From NCBI RefSeq assembly GCF_902459465.1, contig NC_047076.1, positions 10,292,001 to 10,356,000 on the forward strand: a DNA stretch of 64,000 nucleotides. Reading direction: 5' to 3'. Source of the DNA: Asterias rubens (taxonomy: Eukaryota). The notes under the pieces were generated by a model. The model saw only the letters and a list, made by a program, of their open reading frames with translations, was not told the origin of the DNA and did not search any database. This document shows, in pieces, positions 30,259 through 43,800 of the stretch. A program made the translations under genes and the position numbers. Positions within the stretch are counted from its first letter, which is position 1; every line of letters starts with the position of its first letter.

Positions 30259-32509
30259 CAGTTGGGACGGCTAACCAACTAGTCTTGTCTCGTGCTAATT
30301 TATCACAATTTTCCCAACGTGGAGGGCGCTATCACTCATGAACAGCAAGCAGCACAGACCTTATCGCAAATACCAATGCGCAAGCGCAGACTGTTGAATG
30401 AGGTGCATTGTGGGATATATATGGATCAAATTTGGATACCAGCAAGACCACAATGCACCTAATTCCAAGCTTTACGCGCGCGCTCCTATGAGGGGCCGTT
30501 TATGACTAAATGAGCAAACCCATATATATATAGGAGCAAACCCATATATAAGAGCAAACCCATATATAAAGGAGCAAACCCGTATATAGGAGCAAAACCA
30601 ATAAGAGCAAACCAATATATTTAAGAGCAAAATAATAAATATATAATGATCAAAACAAATATATAGAAGACCACCGAAAATATACAAAGGATCAACGGCA
30701 AATATATATAAAGGACCAAAAACCTCAAATATAAATGACAAACACAAATATATTTAACAGCGCCCTCTATATTGGACGTAGTTTCATATATATAAGACAT
30801 GTGCACCCATATACAAGACATAAAGTCTCATACAAAGGACGTCAACAGCCGTCAAAGGTTAAAATCGGGAACGAAAATCACCGAGCCGTAAATTCAGCCT
30901 TTGTTTGGCACTTGGTAATCATTGCGCACGTTTCGCTGGGAAAGGGAGACGAGGGTGACCGACGCGTCGCGAAGGCGTGACTGACCGACGCTAGCACTCG
31001 GGCTAGCTGGAAATGGGCAGCCGATCCGATCTGATCAGTGTGCATGCTGCACGTACACCGACAGCGATTCCTCTCTTCAATTCTATCTCCATGATACTAT
31101 AGTGTAAAAACAAATTAGGAAAATTGTTCACAATCAAAAACTATAAATCAACTATCCAACCTTTTTACACCGTGTGTTCGAAATATTAAAAGTTTTGGTT
31201 TTACGCTGTGAGGTAATCTTCAAATTTTCTGAAACAGCACTTTAAAGGAAGAAGAAGAGAGATAGTCCGCCATTTACTTTGCTAATGTATGGACGACATT
31301 GGAGCAACGTCATATGTTTTCTTTACTTTCATTGGTTCTTATTCTTATTCTTTATTTGGCCATTAAACAATTACAAATACAAGTAGACAGTATGTCAAAT
31401 AGATAATATAAGTACATGTACAAAAGTAAAGCAAGAACAGTAAGGGCACAGGAAATTTTATAAACAACCCTAATATGATGGCCAGGATCAACAGGTATTT
31501 GATTGAATATTCAGAAGCTAGTATGCCGTGCAAAATAAATAAAAAATCTCATTCAATTATTAAACAAATTAATTACAATTAAAGTCACGCCGTCGCGACG
31601 TGTCGGTTCCCCTCTCCCTTTCCCATTCCCAGCGAAACGTGCGCAATGATTACCAAGTGCCAGACAAAGGCTGAATTTACGGCTCGGTGATTTTCGTTCC
31701 CGATTTTAACCTTTGACAGCCGTTGACGTCCTTTGTATGAGACTTTTATGTCTTTTATATAATATGGGTGCACATGTCTTATAATATGAAACTACGTCCA
31801 ATATAGAGGGCGATGTTAAATATTATTTGTGGTTGCCTTTTATTTGAGTTTGTGATCCTTTATATTTATTTTTGCATCGATTATATATTTGCCGTTGATC
31901 TTTCGGTGGTCTTTTATATATATTGTTTGCTCCTATATATATATGGTTTTGCTCTTATATACTTATATATATGGTTTTGCTCTTATATATTTGGTTTTGC
32001 TCCTATATATATATGGGTTTGCTCATATATATATGGTTTTGCTTCTATATATATGGTTTTGCTCTTATATATATGGTTTTGCTCTTATAATATGGTTTTG
32101 CTCCTATATATTTGGTTTTGCTCCTATATATATATATGGGTTTGCTCTTATATATATGGTTTTGCTCTTATATATTTGGTTTTGCTCCTATATATATGGG
32201 TTTGCTCATATATATATGGTTTTGCTTCTACATATATGGTTTTGCTCTTATATACATGGTTTTGCTCTTATAATATGGTTTTGCTCCTATATATATGGGT
32301 TTGCTCATTTAGTCATAAACGGCCCCTCATACGCCCCGGTATTTGCGAAAAGGTCTACGTTGAGCGGTCGTGTCGTGAGAGCGGTTCGTGAATTATAGCG
32401 CCCTTTACGTTGGAAAAATTGTGACAACTCAACACAAGAAGGTCTTCCATGTGGAAGACTAGTTGGTTACAGATCTCTGGACCCAACTATAGTTGGGCCG
32501 TCCCGACTG
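30259..32509. mobile_element. Foldback-type structure: two inverted ~0.7-0.9 kb arms (30259-30982, 31583-32509), each with an internal AT-rich minisatellite
   Basis: Arms alignable as reverse complements; minisatellite ATATATGGTTTTGCTC(T/C)T-like at ~30510-30720 and ~31920-32310; no TSD found. Confidence 0.75.
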
Positions 32510-33180
32510 AAAATTGCGATGAATCAATAATTATTGCACAACAGATGATTAGACATGACATGCACCACGTATGAAAATCAAGGCGACCTTAGCAGCGGAA
32601 AGTGTGAATTTGTTCAGCAATTTGACTAGTTTAGGACATTCCTAGGAAGCCCCTAAGCCGTGTATTGCATTGCCTACTTCGATACATCTTTTGGAACGAG
32701 GTAATACTAAATATAATCATATATTTATTCGGGTTTTTACTATTAAACTAAATAAAATGTTAATTTATGAGTTAATACCAAGATTTGTCTTTTCCACTTT
32801 CTGGATCTGGGGTCTATTTCACAAAGAGTTAAGACTCGTCTTTACTCTTATCTCGAGTTAGGACGAGTATTCTCGTCCTAACTTAGGATTAATCTAACTC
32901 TAAGGTCTGCAGGATAACTTTCCGTATGGCGCCACCACTTTTTCACTCATTTTTACAAAAAGGGATATATCAATCAGGTAAATTAGATACTATATTATTT
33001 TATTTCGAATGAAAAAGTGGTGGCGCCATACGGAAACTTTTCCGGTCTGCATGCTACAGTGCAGGGTTGGGACTTGGCCTAAGTCCTAAGATTAGTCTTA
33101 AGTTATTAGGAAGAGTTTTGTGAAATCGACGGCTGGATCGATACTGCTGCAATCAATCTCCCAAGGGATGTGTAGGTTGC

Positions 33181-36100
33181 CGGTCCTACTAATAAAAGCT
33201 GACATCTCGCCGACAACGCCGACAACTCGCCGCCAACAAGTTGCAGACACAAAAACAGCAAACTAACCAACAGTTTATTAAAACAATATGCACTTTTTTA
33301 TATTAACATAAATACAACGGCTTTACTTCACGAAAAGTCATAGTTTTTTACCGGAAAAAAAGCGAACTTCCGCGGAGCGCCGTTGGACGCCATCTTGGCC
33401 AACAACCCGTGTTGCGACCATTCCATTATGATACAGGGGTGACACAAGATCGGGGTGGGGGGGGGGGACCAGTGCGCGGACGGGTGAGGTTGGCATTGGA
33501 CCGGTTTTATGGTAACTAGATTTATCATCGCCTCATTCGTGACATGATTAAGATAGGGATGTTGATGTTTATTATTAACAATAAAAAAAACTTAGCCTGC
33601 ATCCAGTATGTGAAATTTATTTTATTAATTTTACATCCAATTTGTGAAATTTATGTTATTAATGTTATCAATTTCTCAGAGTCACAGAAAAATTATAGGA
33701 GACAAGAAAATTGCATGTGAAAGAGCAGCATAAAAACGGTAAACTTTATGATTACTGCTGATCTTCCGATAAAACTTCTGAAATACTTCAACTAACAGAG
33801 AAATATCCATCTTTTTAACAAAAAAAATACATAAAAATAAAATAAATAATGATGCTCGGTAAGGTAGACCACGTTGTTGAAAATTGCATGCACGTTTCCC
33901 AGCACAAGTAATTCAATATTTTTTTAACGTGAAAACATTCTTGTTGGTTTTACATATTTCACACAATGGAGGTATTAACACTTTTAAAATTATTTTAGGA
34001 TATTACCATTCGACGTATGTTTTGTCAACCCACATTGGTGTGTATTTTTCCGTTCCCTCACGGACCAAATACAACCTATGTCCTCCTATATTTACTCAAC
34101 TCACATTTCTTAAAAAGAACTCGCTATTGGCAGACTTCATCAGCTTTCCAGAAATGAATACCACAAGTCATGCACTAATTAATACCTTGTGGTTCCTAGT
34201 TTAATTTTAAAAAGTGAGGGACGGCAGTCACATAACCCCAAAACTTATATTAACGGGTCTTATAATAGTTGTAAAAATATCCAGCTTATACCTTTTTTTG
34301 CTATAATCTTGTTACTGTGACGTCCGTTCCTATAACTACTGACAAATATTTGATACAACTTTCAAGTTTGAACCCAATAATTAATATAAAAATGTAAAGA
34401 ACATATATTTCCAATTCATTGATGTCCGTTCCTCACGCATAAAGAAAGCCGTTTTAAAATCATTTGAAACTTAGCATTGGTGGAAATACGATATGCAAAG
34501 GTTTTCATGTAATGACTATAATAAATCTTATTTTAACTATGACTTGGATGACGCTTAAGACTTCAACCAGCTCAAATTAATATAAAACACTTCGAAATTT
34601 GAACATGAAGAAATCAGCGGGCCATTGACAGCTGTCAGAGTGGCATCAACATCATCTGTCCCGTCAATCATGATTAACTATAGGAGCTCATTGAAGCACT
34701 TTGATTGGCCGAAACCACTTTAGTGAACAAACTACGCCGTGTGACCATGAAGCCGACGTCAATCACTGCCCTTGAATAATTAAGATTCTTTCCCCAGGAT
34801 AGCTATTGATGATCTAAAGAAAACCTAATCGATAGCAATAAGCCAACAGTGCTCTTTCGCCCGGTGCAAAACAAAAAGTTTGTCTATAGGCCTAATTCTG
34901 TTTTAAATAATGGTAAACAAAATTTCTTAAAACCAAACTTTGTTATACAAATTCACCACGGTTTCAGATTAATTTATAAGTACACTGTATTCTTCATCGT
35001 TCTGTGCTTGCATTCGGGCGGTTCCAATATGATATGTTGTGTAGATTACTTCTCAAGTTGGCTAAATCAGAAATGCCAAAACTGTTTCTTTTTCTCACTA
35101 GACATGCCACGGGTCCTTGTGCATTGTCTTCAGCATTGAATGCTGTCAAAGAAAATAAATATTAACAATATTAACTATTTTATTTCAATCATTGCTAACT
35201 TATATGTACTACTATGTTTAAGGTTACTTCTCGAATTGTATTTAAATCTAATTCTGTGTGGAGTGAATTAATGAAAAAATCTAATTCCATAAACTTTTTC
35301 ATTTCAATTGTTGCCAACTTAGTTCTCGAAGTGGATTCATCTATCCTTTTATTTCACTTAGTTAACTTGTATATACTACGGGTATAATTTTTAAGATTAC
35401 TTCTCAAATTGGCTAAATCTAATTGTTGAATTTGATACGCTCCATGTAACTAATTTGCTTCTATTTTTGATTAGAAAAAAAAGATATTAAATTATAATAA
35501 AACAATTACAAAATTAATTTGAGTGGATTTTCAAGTGTATCTTGTATGTGCCCCCACCCCCACCAGCTTTGAAAGCCCTAAATCAAATAGCCGACGAATA
35601 AACAAAATAGTTTTAATACTATTAAAATAGTCTATAAACAACAAGGATCTCACCTGTTGGTAACTCTTTCCACAATTGTGAAAGCCCTTGAAATAAATCA
35701 AACAAAAATAGGTAATGTAAGTAATAAATAATCTTCAAATAAATCAACTGGGAAACAAGATTGGATTCTCCATCCACCCCATAGGCCATAGTCTTGTTTT
35801 GTTATCTAGTCATGTAAAACTGACAGTGCGAGACAGAAGCACTTTCTCAAGTTTTTGTCTTACCATAACAAGCACTCAGCTGGAAATGCCAAACTATTGA
35901 ATGCTGTCAAATCAAGTGGTAAAAAAGTAATATTTATTTAAACAATTTAAAAAAGTAAAATAAAAATGTAAAAATATTAATAGAATCTTTAAATAACTCA
36001 ACTGAGAAACAAATTGCATTCTCCACCTGGCCCACAAGTCTTATCCAGTTTAATTAAGGTATTTTCAAATCTTATCCCCCCCCCCAAATAAAAAAAATAA

Positions 36101-36635
36101 AAAAAAATAGATATAAAATATATAATAAAAAATAGATAGATGCACAGTTATGTTAAAGAAAAAAATATTCTGCACTGTTCTAGCTAGTCTAGGACTCTAG
36201 GGGATTAAATTAAACATTTAACTAATCAAGAATTTATGTATCAAAAATTGTCAGGTACTTACAAATCCACACACACTTACACACAACAATGTGCCATCTC
36301 TGAACTGCTGCGTGCACACACAGTGTGGTTTTCACAGGACGCCCGCCCTGTTGTTATGGAAGTGCTAATTCATCTCACCCCTGTATCATAATGGAATGGT
36401 CGCAACACGGGTTGGAGGCCAAGATGGCGTCCAACCGCGCTCTGCGTAAGTTTGTTTTTTTTCCGGGTAAAAAACTACGACTTTTCGTGAAGTAAAGCCG
36501 TTGTATTTATGTTAATATAAAATAGTGCACATTGTTTTAATAAACCGTTGGTTAGTTTGCTGTTGGCGGCGAGTTGTCGACGCTCTGGACGAGTTGTCGG
36601 CGTTGTCGGCGAGTTGTCGGCTTTTAGTAGGACCC
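33181..36635. mobile_element. 3.46-kb non-autonomous DNA transposon with ~260-bp TIRs and 8-bp TSD
   Basis: TIRs 33181-33442 and 36375-36635 ((C/G)GGTCCTACTA...); TAGGTTGC duplicated at 33173-33180 and 36636-36643; no long internal ORF. Confidence 0.8.
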
Positions 36636-36701
36636 TAGGTTGCAGGTGTGTGGTGCATGGGACTCTAATTTTTATAATGCGCTCTACGTCACTCAGTTCA
36701 G

Positions 36702-37457
36702 CAAATCGTCAGCAATTTCACGAAGGGCTAAAAAGTCCCCTGCAGCCAAAAATGTCTGTTTCGAAAAAAACGCGTTTTAAGTTTAGCTAATTTTGAAACT
36801 ACAAGTTGGTAGACTATTCGAAATTTAATCTTGGAATTTTTTACATGTCAGGGAAGAAGAGATCCTAAATCATACAAATCTGTTTCAATTTTGTCCCTAA
36901 CATGTTTAATTAATGAGTAATTATTTAATTAACAAAATGTTCTTTTCGTGAAAACGTTACAAAACATGGTCTGCGTGCAGCACGTCGTGTATAAACTTTT
37001 TGGCTGTTCGTGAAAACGCAAAAGCCGGAGCACCCACTTTTGGCACCTTGCCAAGGGATAATTACACGTGGTAGAGCAATACACTTTTCTGCACTTCGTG
37101 AAAACGCAATTCTGGGTGGTGCTTATTTTTTGTCCTTTTAAGTTTTTGGCTCGTCGTGAAAATGCAAAAGCCGGCGCGCTCATGATTGGCACTGTGCCAG
37201 CTTTACAATCAACGTGGTAAGGTATAACAAAAAATTCCAAAAAGGTTTTTGGCTCTTCGTGAAAACATAATTCCAGGTTCTTGAGGTTTTTGTCATTCAT
37301 CAAATTAGCGTAATTAGGAAACTACACAATTTTGAGACCTATAACTTTGTAAATAGTTAGATCCCGATCACAATAGTCAAATCCACCAAAAAAATCAAAA
37401 TCAGTTTTTTATCGAATTTTAAGGTTTTTGGCCCTTCGTGAAATTGGTGACGAAATG
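36702..37457. mobile_element. 756-bp MITE with 5-bp TSD immediately upstream of ZNF622
   Basis: TIR CAWWTCGTCASCAATTTCACGAAGGGCYAAAAA at both ends; TTCAG at 36697-36701 and 37458-37462; internal TTCGTGAAAA repeats. Confidence 0.75.
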
Positions 37458-37856
37458 TTCAGTGTTGTTTTCAGTAGTGGGTAGGGTAGGTAGTGTTACA
37501 TGACTCAGACTCCATAGACTTTACTTTGTAATAATTTTTTTTGGGCTGAGCAAAAGCAGAGAAAGTTGTGCAAAAGTAGTTTTTTTTCTTTCAATACTCA
37601 CTATTCTCTTGCAAAACTTTATTCACCAATTGCGCCCAAATTTTTACCTACTTAAACCATGGAGGTAGAATTGCTTAAACTACAGCAGGTTTGCTATTTT
37701 ATGTTTGGATCCGGCCGGATACACCAAAGTTAGCATGGTTAGTGAGTGCATGGAGGTAGGATTGAGTGAGAATACTGGTCTTTGGTGGACAACCACCAAA
37801 TGTTTCCAGTGCCTTTAGTTTAAAATGATTTTGTTTTGTTGTTGAAAGGTTGAACA

Positions 37857-40800
37857 ATGTCTTCTCCATCGTACACGTGTATTTCATGCCGCGTGGCATT
37901 CGCTAATGCTGACCTCCAGAGGGCGCACTACAAATCTGATTGGCACCGATACAACTTGAAACGCAAGCTGGCAGAGATGGTTGCCGTCACAGCTGAGGAG
38001 TTCAAACAGCGTGTCTTGGACAAACAGGCACAGACGACAGACGCCCCACAGGACTCATCCACAATCTGCAAGGTTTGCAGTAAACATTTCAACACAGGGA
38101 ATGCGTTTACTAATCACATGCAGTCCAAGAAACACAAGGAAACTGAGGCTCGTATTGCAAGGCAACTTCAGGCAGAGGTTTGTCAGTTCTTATTGTTCTG
38201 GTATTGGTGATAAAGTATTCTGAAATAATTGACATTGCTTTTTAATTTGGAAAAGCTTGCTAATTTATAAAGAAAAGTTGTTAATTGTTTCATTTGTCAA
38301 AATGATTGTGTTTACACAAAGTCAATGAGTTTTTTAAGGGCGCCAAGAGCAAGACTAAGTGGCACTGGGGGCCTAGGCCTCTGTGGTGCTTTCGGTTGTA
38401 CTACACAACCAAAACTTTCCAAGCCTGAATTATAAAAGGCCTACTATTTACTTGCTGATTTGCAATCTCAGACTGTCTGAAAATTGTTTTGGAGAACACT
38501 TACAAGCAATAGTGCATTTGTTTCTTTACCTTGTTGTAGGTTGAAAAGAGAAATGAGAAAAATCGTGAGAAAGGACTTGAAGATGAGTTAACCTCAAAAA
38601 CTGGAGAAACAGTTGCAGCTGGAGATAATAAAGTAGTTGGGCCCTCTGTTGACAAGAGCAAGAAGACAGAAGAAAAGTCCATTGGTGGAAAGATACAGAG
38701 TCAACCAATGGGTGCTAGCTCAAGTCAGGACGTGGGTAAGGATTGGTGCTGTAACCATTTGAATGGATGGGGTCGATATGCAACACTCAAGTTAATCCAG
38801 GAATATTTTGGTGCTAGTAGATTTCAAAATTAGTTAACCCTTTGGTGCACATTGGTGGTCGCTAGCGACCATCAAAAACACGTCAAATATACCGCCCTCA
38901 TGTTTGATTGTTTAGAGCAAGTGTTGAGCTTTCGTTTGGTGTGATGTTAAACCGGTGGTGCTATTGAAAACTATGGAGAAAAAACATGGTTGAATTTTTT
39001 AAATATTTTTTTATATTTTTTTAAATTAAATTGATCTGTGCACCAAAGGGTTAATACTTAAAAGGTACTTACGCTTTACAGTTCACAGTTTATAGAGAAA
39101 AAAACTTTACTTTCAGTATTATACAAATATTTAGGTCTTTATTGTTGTTTATTCCATGTTTTGGCCCTTAGGGTGTACCAATCATCAAGGCATCAAACAA
39201 ACAGTGTTTAAATATTTTAGCTACTACCCAATTACTCCATGGTACTCTGCAATGGCAAAATCATTTGACAAAGACTTATGTCCGTGGCCGCCTCGTCCTC
39301 AAATTGTAACAGGGCGCACTCCTGGAGTTGCCCCTATCACCTGGTCTCAATGCTGCTCTTCTTTAGCTCTCCTATGCTTTTATCACTCCACTTTGTGACA
39401 TTTTCTATCCAGCGCAATGTAGTTTAAACCTGCTGCTGACTTAAAGACAGGTAGAGCTGCTCAAGTAGAAGACTGCAATGATTGCTTGATTTTGTTTCTT
39501 ACCAATTCTGTATGTTCCTTTAATATTGAAGATTTTCTTTCTTCAGAAATGGCCGATGAGGAAGATGGAGAATGGGAGGAGATTGAAGGAGAACCAATCT
39601 CTGTCACAGATTGTCTATTTTGTAGTCACTCATCTAGGTCTGTTGTGAACAACTGCAAACACATGACACAGTCTCACAGTTTCTTCCTTCCCAACGTAGA
39701 GTTTTTGGTCGACCTAGAAGGATTACTTGCATATCTTGGTAAGTCTTCAATGGTAGAAACAACAGGTCTTTGTATTTAAAAGCACTGGACATAATTGGTA
39801 AATTTCTCAAAATAATTGCTAATAATAATAATAATAATAATAAGACTTGTAATGCGCACAAAAACATAAAAACTTGCTTTGTAACGAGCAAAGGAGAGCT
39901 GTTGATGGTGTATAAAACATTGTGAGAAACAGCTCCCTTTGGAGTAAAGTAATTTAAGAAAGAGGTAATTTTCACAGCAAGACAGTTCTCGAAAGAACAA
40001 ACTCTACCTGGCATGTAGACACACACACACATGGTGTTACCGCACACCAAATATACATGTACATGTATAGGTAATTTCTCACTGAAATATTTGAATCTGA
40101 AAAAGACTTCAGGCCAGAAAATGAGTTAAGTTAAGTTATTTGTAGTATCTTAGTAGATATCACATATACACCTAACGCCTTGAGAACGATAATTAGCCAT
40201 TTTCAACCGTAATCATACTTTTTATCTGGTGAGGCACATTTCAACAAAGGATGGTTCATCAGAGCACCATGCTAATGTAACCACATATAAACTGATGAGA
40301 TTGTTAAAGCAGTTTGATGAATGTTTGGATTGATTTTGATTTGCTACAGGTGAGAAGGTTGGCTGTGGTTTCATGTGTCTATGGTGTAATGAAAAGGGTC
40401 GCTCATTCTTCTCACTGGATGCAGTACAGAGACATATGAGAGATAAAGGTCATTGTAAGCTACAGTATGAGGGAGATATGATCTATGAATACGCAGAGTT
40501 CTTTGACTTCAGGTAAACATTGGTTTATTATATCGAAAATCTTATATCACACTATCTACCAACAAGGTACTCAAGGCGCTTAGTGTTCAGAAAGATAGGT
40601 TATTGAAGTTATGAATACTGAAACCCAATTGTGTAGCACCTTATAAGGGTTTACAAAGGCTAGGGTGCAATCAGCAGCCACTGCCAGGATCACAGGATGA
40701 ACCCCTTTCTCTTAGCGTTTTTCTGTAGAAAGACAAAAAAGTTAAACCCAATGGGGACGCACAGTAGACTGACATCCCTGTCAACTTACCGAAGCCAGTC

Positions 40801-43800
40801 ATTTACTTCCCGCGTGGTGGAAAAAGTCCAATGGAAACACCGCTTTACACATTAAATGTTGCTTTTTCCAAATTGTTTACAGAAAGAGCTACCCTGACAG
40901 TGCAGATCGTGTTACATCAGGTGATACAGAAGAAGCTGATAGTGACGATGAAGAAGTAGATGAAAGTGCATTGCAACTACAACAAGATGGATTTGAATTG
41001 GTCCTACCATCAGGTACACAAACTAAACTGTACTTAAAGTGCATTGCAACTACAACAAGATGGATTTGAATTAGTCCTACCATCAGGTACACAAACTAAA
41101 CTATACTTAAAGTGCATTGCAACTACAACAAGATGGATTTGAATTAGTCCTACCATCAGGTACACAAACTAAACTATACTTAAAGTGCATTGCAACTACA
41201 ACAAGATGGATTTGAATTAGTCCTACCATCAGGTACACAAACTAAACTATACTTAAAGTGCATTGCAACTACAACAAGATGGATTTGAATTAGTCCTACC
41301 ATCAGGTACACAAACTAAACTATACTTAAAGTGCATTGCAACTACAACAAGATGGATTTGAATTAGTCCTACCATCAGGTACACAAACTAAACTATACTT
41401 AAAGTGCATTGCAACTACAACAAGATGGATTTGAATTAGTCCTACCATCAGGTACACAAACTAAACTATACTTAAAGTGCATTGCAACTACAACAAGATG
41501 GATTTGAATTAGTCCTACCATCAGGTACACAAACTAAACTATACTTAAAGTGCATTGCAACTACAACAAGATGGATTTGAATTGGTCCTACCATCAGGTA
41601 CACAAACTAAACTATACATAAAGTGCATTGCAACTACAACAAGATGGATTTGAATTGGTCCTACCATCAGGTACACAAACTAAACTATACTTAAAGTGCA
41701 TTGCAACTCCAACAAGATGGATTTGAATTAGTCCTACCATCAGGTACACAAACTAAACTATACTTAAAGTGCATTGCAACTACAACAAGATGGATTTGAA
41801 TTAGTCCTACCATCAGGTACACAAACTAAACTATACTTAAAGTGCATTGCAACTACAACAAGATGGATTTGAATTAGTCCTACCATCAGGTACACAAACT
41901 AAACTATACTTAAAGTGCATTGCAACTCCAACAAGATGGATTTGAATTAGTCCTACCATCAGGTACACAAACTAAACTATACTTAAAGTGCATTGCAACT
42001 ACAACAAGATGGATTTGAATTAGTCCTACCATCAGGTACACAAACTAAACTATACTTAAAGTGCATTGCAACTACAACAAGATGGATTTGAATTAGTCCT
42101 ACCATCAGGTACACAAACTAAACTATACTTAAAGTGCATTGCAACTACAACAAGATGGATTTGAATTAGTCCTACCATCAGGTACACAAACTAAACTATA
42201 CATAAAGTGCATTGCAACTACAACAAGATGGATTTGAATTGGTCCTACCATCAGGTACACAAACTAAACTATACTTAAAGTGCATTGCAACTACAACAAG
42301 ATGGATTTGAATTAGTCCTACCATCAGGTACACAAACTAAACTATACTTAAAGTGCATTGCAACTACAACAAGATGGATTTGAATTAGTCCTACCATCAG
42401 GTACACAAACTAAACTATACTTAAAGTGCATTGCAACTACAACAAGATGGATTTGAATTAGTCCTACCATCAGGTACACAAACTAAACTATACTTAAACT
42501 GCATTGCAACTCCAACAAGATGGATTTGAATTGGTCCTACCATCAGGTACACAAACTAAACTATACTTAAACTGCATTGCAACTCCAACAAGATGGATTT
42601 GAATTAGTCCTACCATCAGGTACACAAACTAAACTATACTTAAAGTGCATTGCAACTACAACAAGATGGATTTGAATCTGTATCTGTTAGCTACTGTGCA
42701 AACTCCAATAGACTGGATATCTCGCACAGAATTGGTCCTACCATCAGGTACACAAACTAAACTGTACTTTAGAACTGAGCTGTAAAACACAATATAACAC
42801 AAGGTTGTCAGGGATGTGCTTGCTCCGATTTTAACCAGAAATCCATGCTGTTTGGGGAATTTACAATGCAACTGTATGGTATGAAGATCTGCATTGCTGA
42901 TTTCATGTTCACTTTTGAATGGTTCTCCTGTTGTGATATTGGTGACCAATTTGTTTGAATGATATGATAAGTTGACACAATTACTACTTTTTTTTTGATC
43001 ACCAGGTTCTCGTATCGGACACAGAGAACTCCAGCGCTACTTCAGACAGAATATTCCAGCCACTCGCCAGATAGTCAAGAGAAATAGTGAAGTGATTGGC
43101 AGAATAATGACGCAGTATAAAGCATTGGGATGGAGTGGAAATAAAGGTAAATAGTGGGTTCACCCTAAAGAACATCCAGGGGGGCTTGAATAATAATAAA
43201 GTAATGCGCACATACTCAAGGCGCAGTAAAACCAAAAAATAATATCATAGTCTTTATAGCCTACGTATCTGCCAACAATTTACTCAAGGTGCTTAATAGC
43301 ATATACATTTATACAGAAAGATAGGTTATTGAAGTTATGAAATCTGAGACCCAATTATGTAGCACCTTGTAAGGGTTACCAAGGTGCTACGGCACATGTA
43401 GCAGCCACAGCCAGGAACACCGCGGCGAACCCCTTCTCTTTTTGAGTTGAGCATTGAGTTCTTTTACATCCGTCACACAACAAATTTATTCATTATGCGC
43501 AAGTTTCATAAAAAATATGTTAAGATGGGTATTACAATAGTAAAAATACATGGTTTATTGGAAAGCTTTGTTTTATTTTGGTTCATTGAACTATGAATTA
43601 TTTGGAATGACCAGTGACATTTTTATATGTTCCTGCCAATTTGGACTTTTTTCTATTCAATGTATTTGCGTCAATCTAAAGTAAGCTCTTGAACAGAACA
43701 CTAGTTCTTGCACGAGAGTACCATTTGGGGTTGATAGAATTACTATTAGTTCAAAGCACTTACAAATGAATGATTGTTTTATCCTGACATTGGTTAATCT

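Noticed and set aside
31813-32398. Long hydrophobic ORFs of 192 and 169 aa
   Set aside because: Translation of an AT-rich minisatellite (YIWFCS/YGFAL repeats); no coding signature
33460-36370. Transposase remnant inside the 3.46-kb element
   Set aside because: No DDE or other recognisable motif in the short ORFs; a translated HMM search would be needed to exclude a highly decayed one
40967-42770. CRISPR-like regular array (also the 85-bp and 22-bp arrays)
   Set aside because: No unique spacers, the units are whole tandem copies, the context is eukaryotic introns and there are no cas genes
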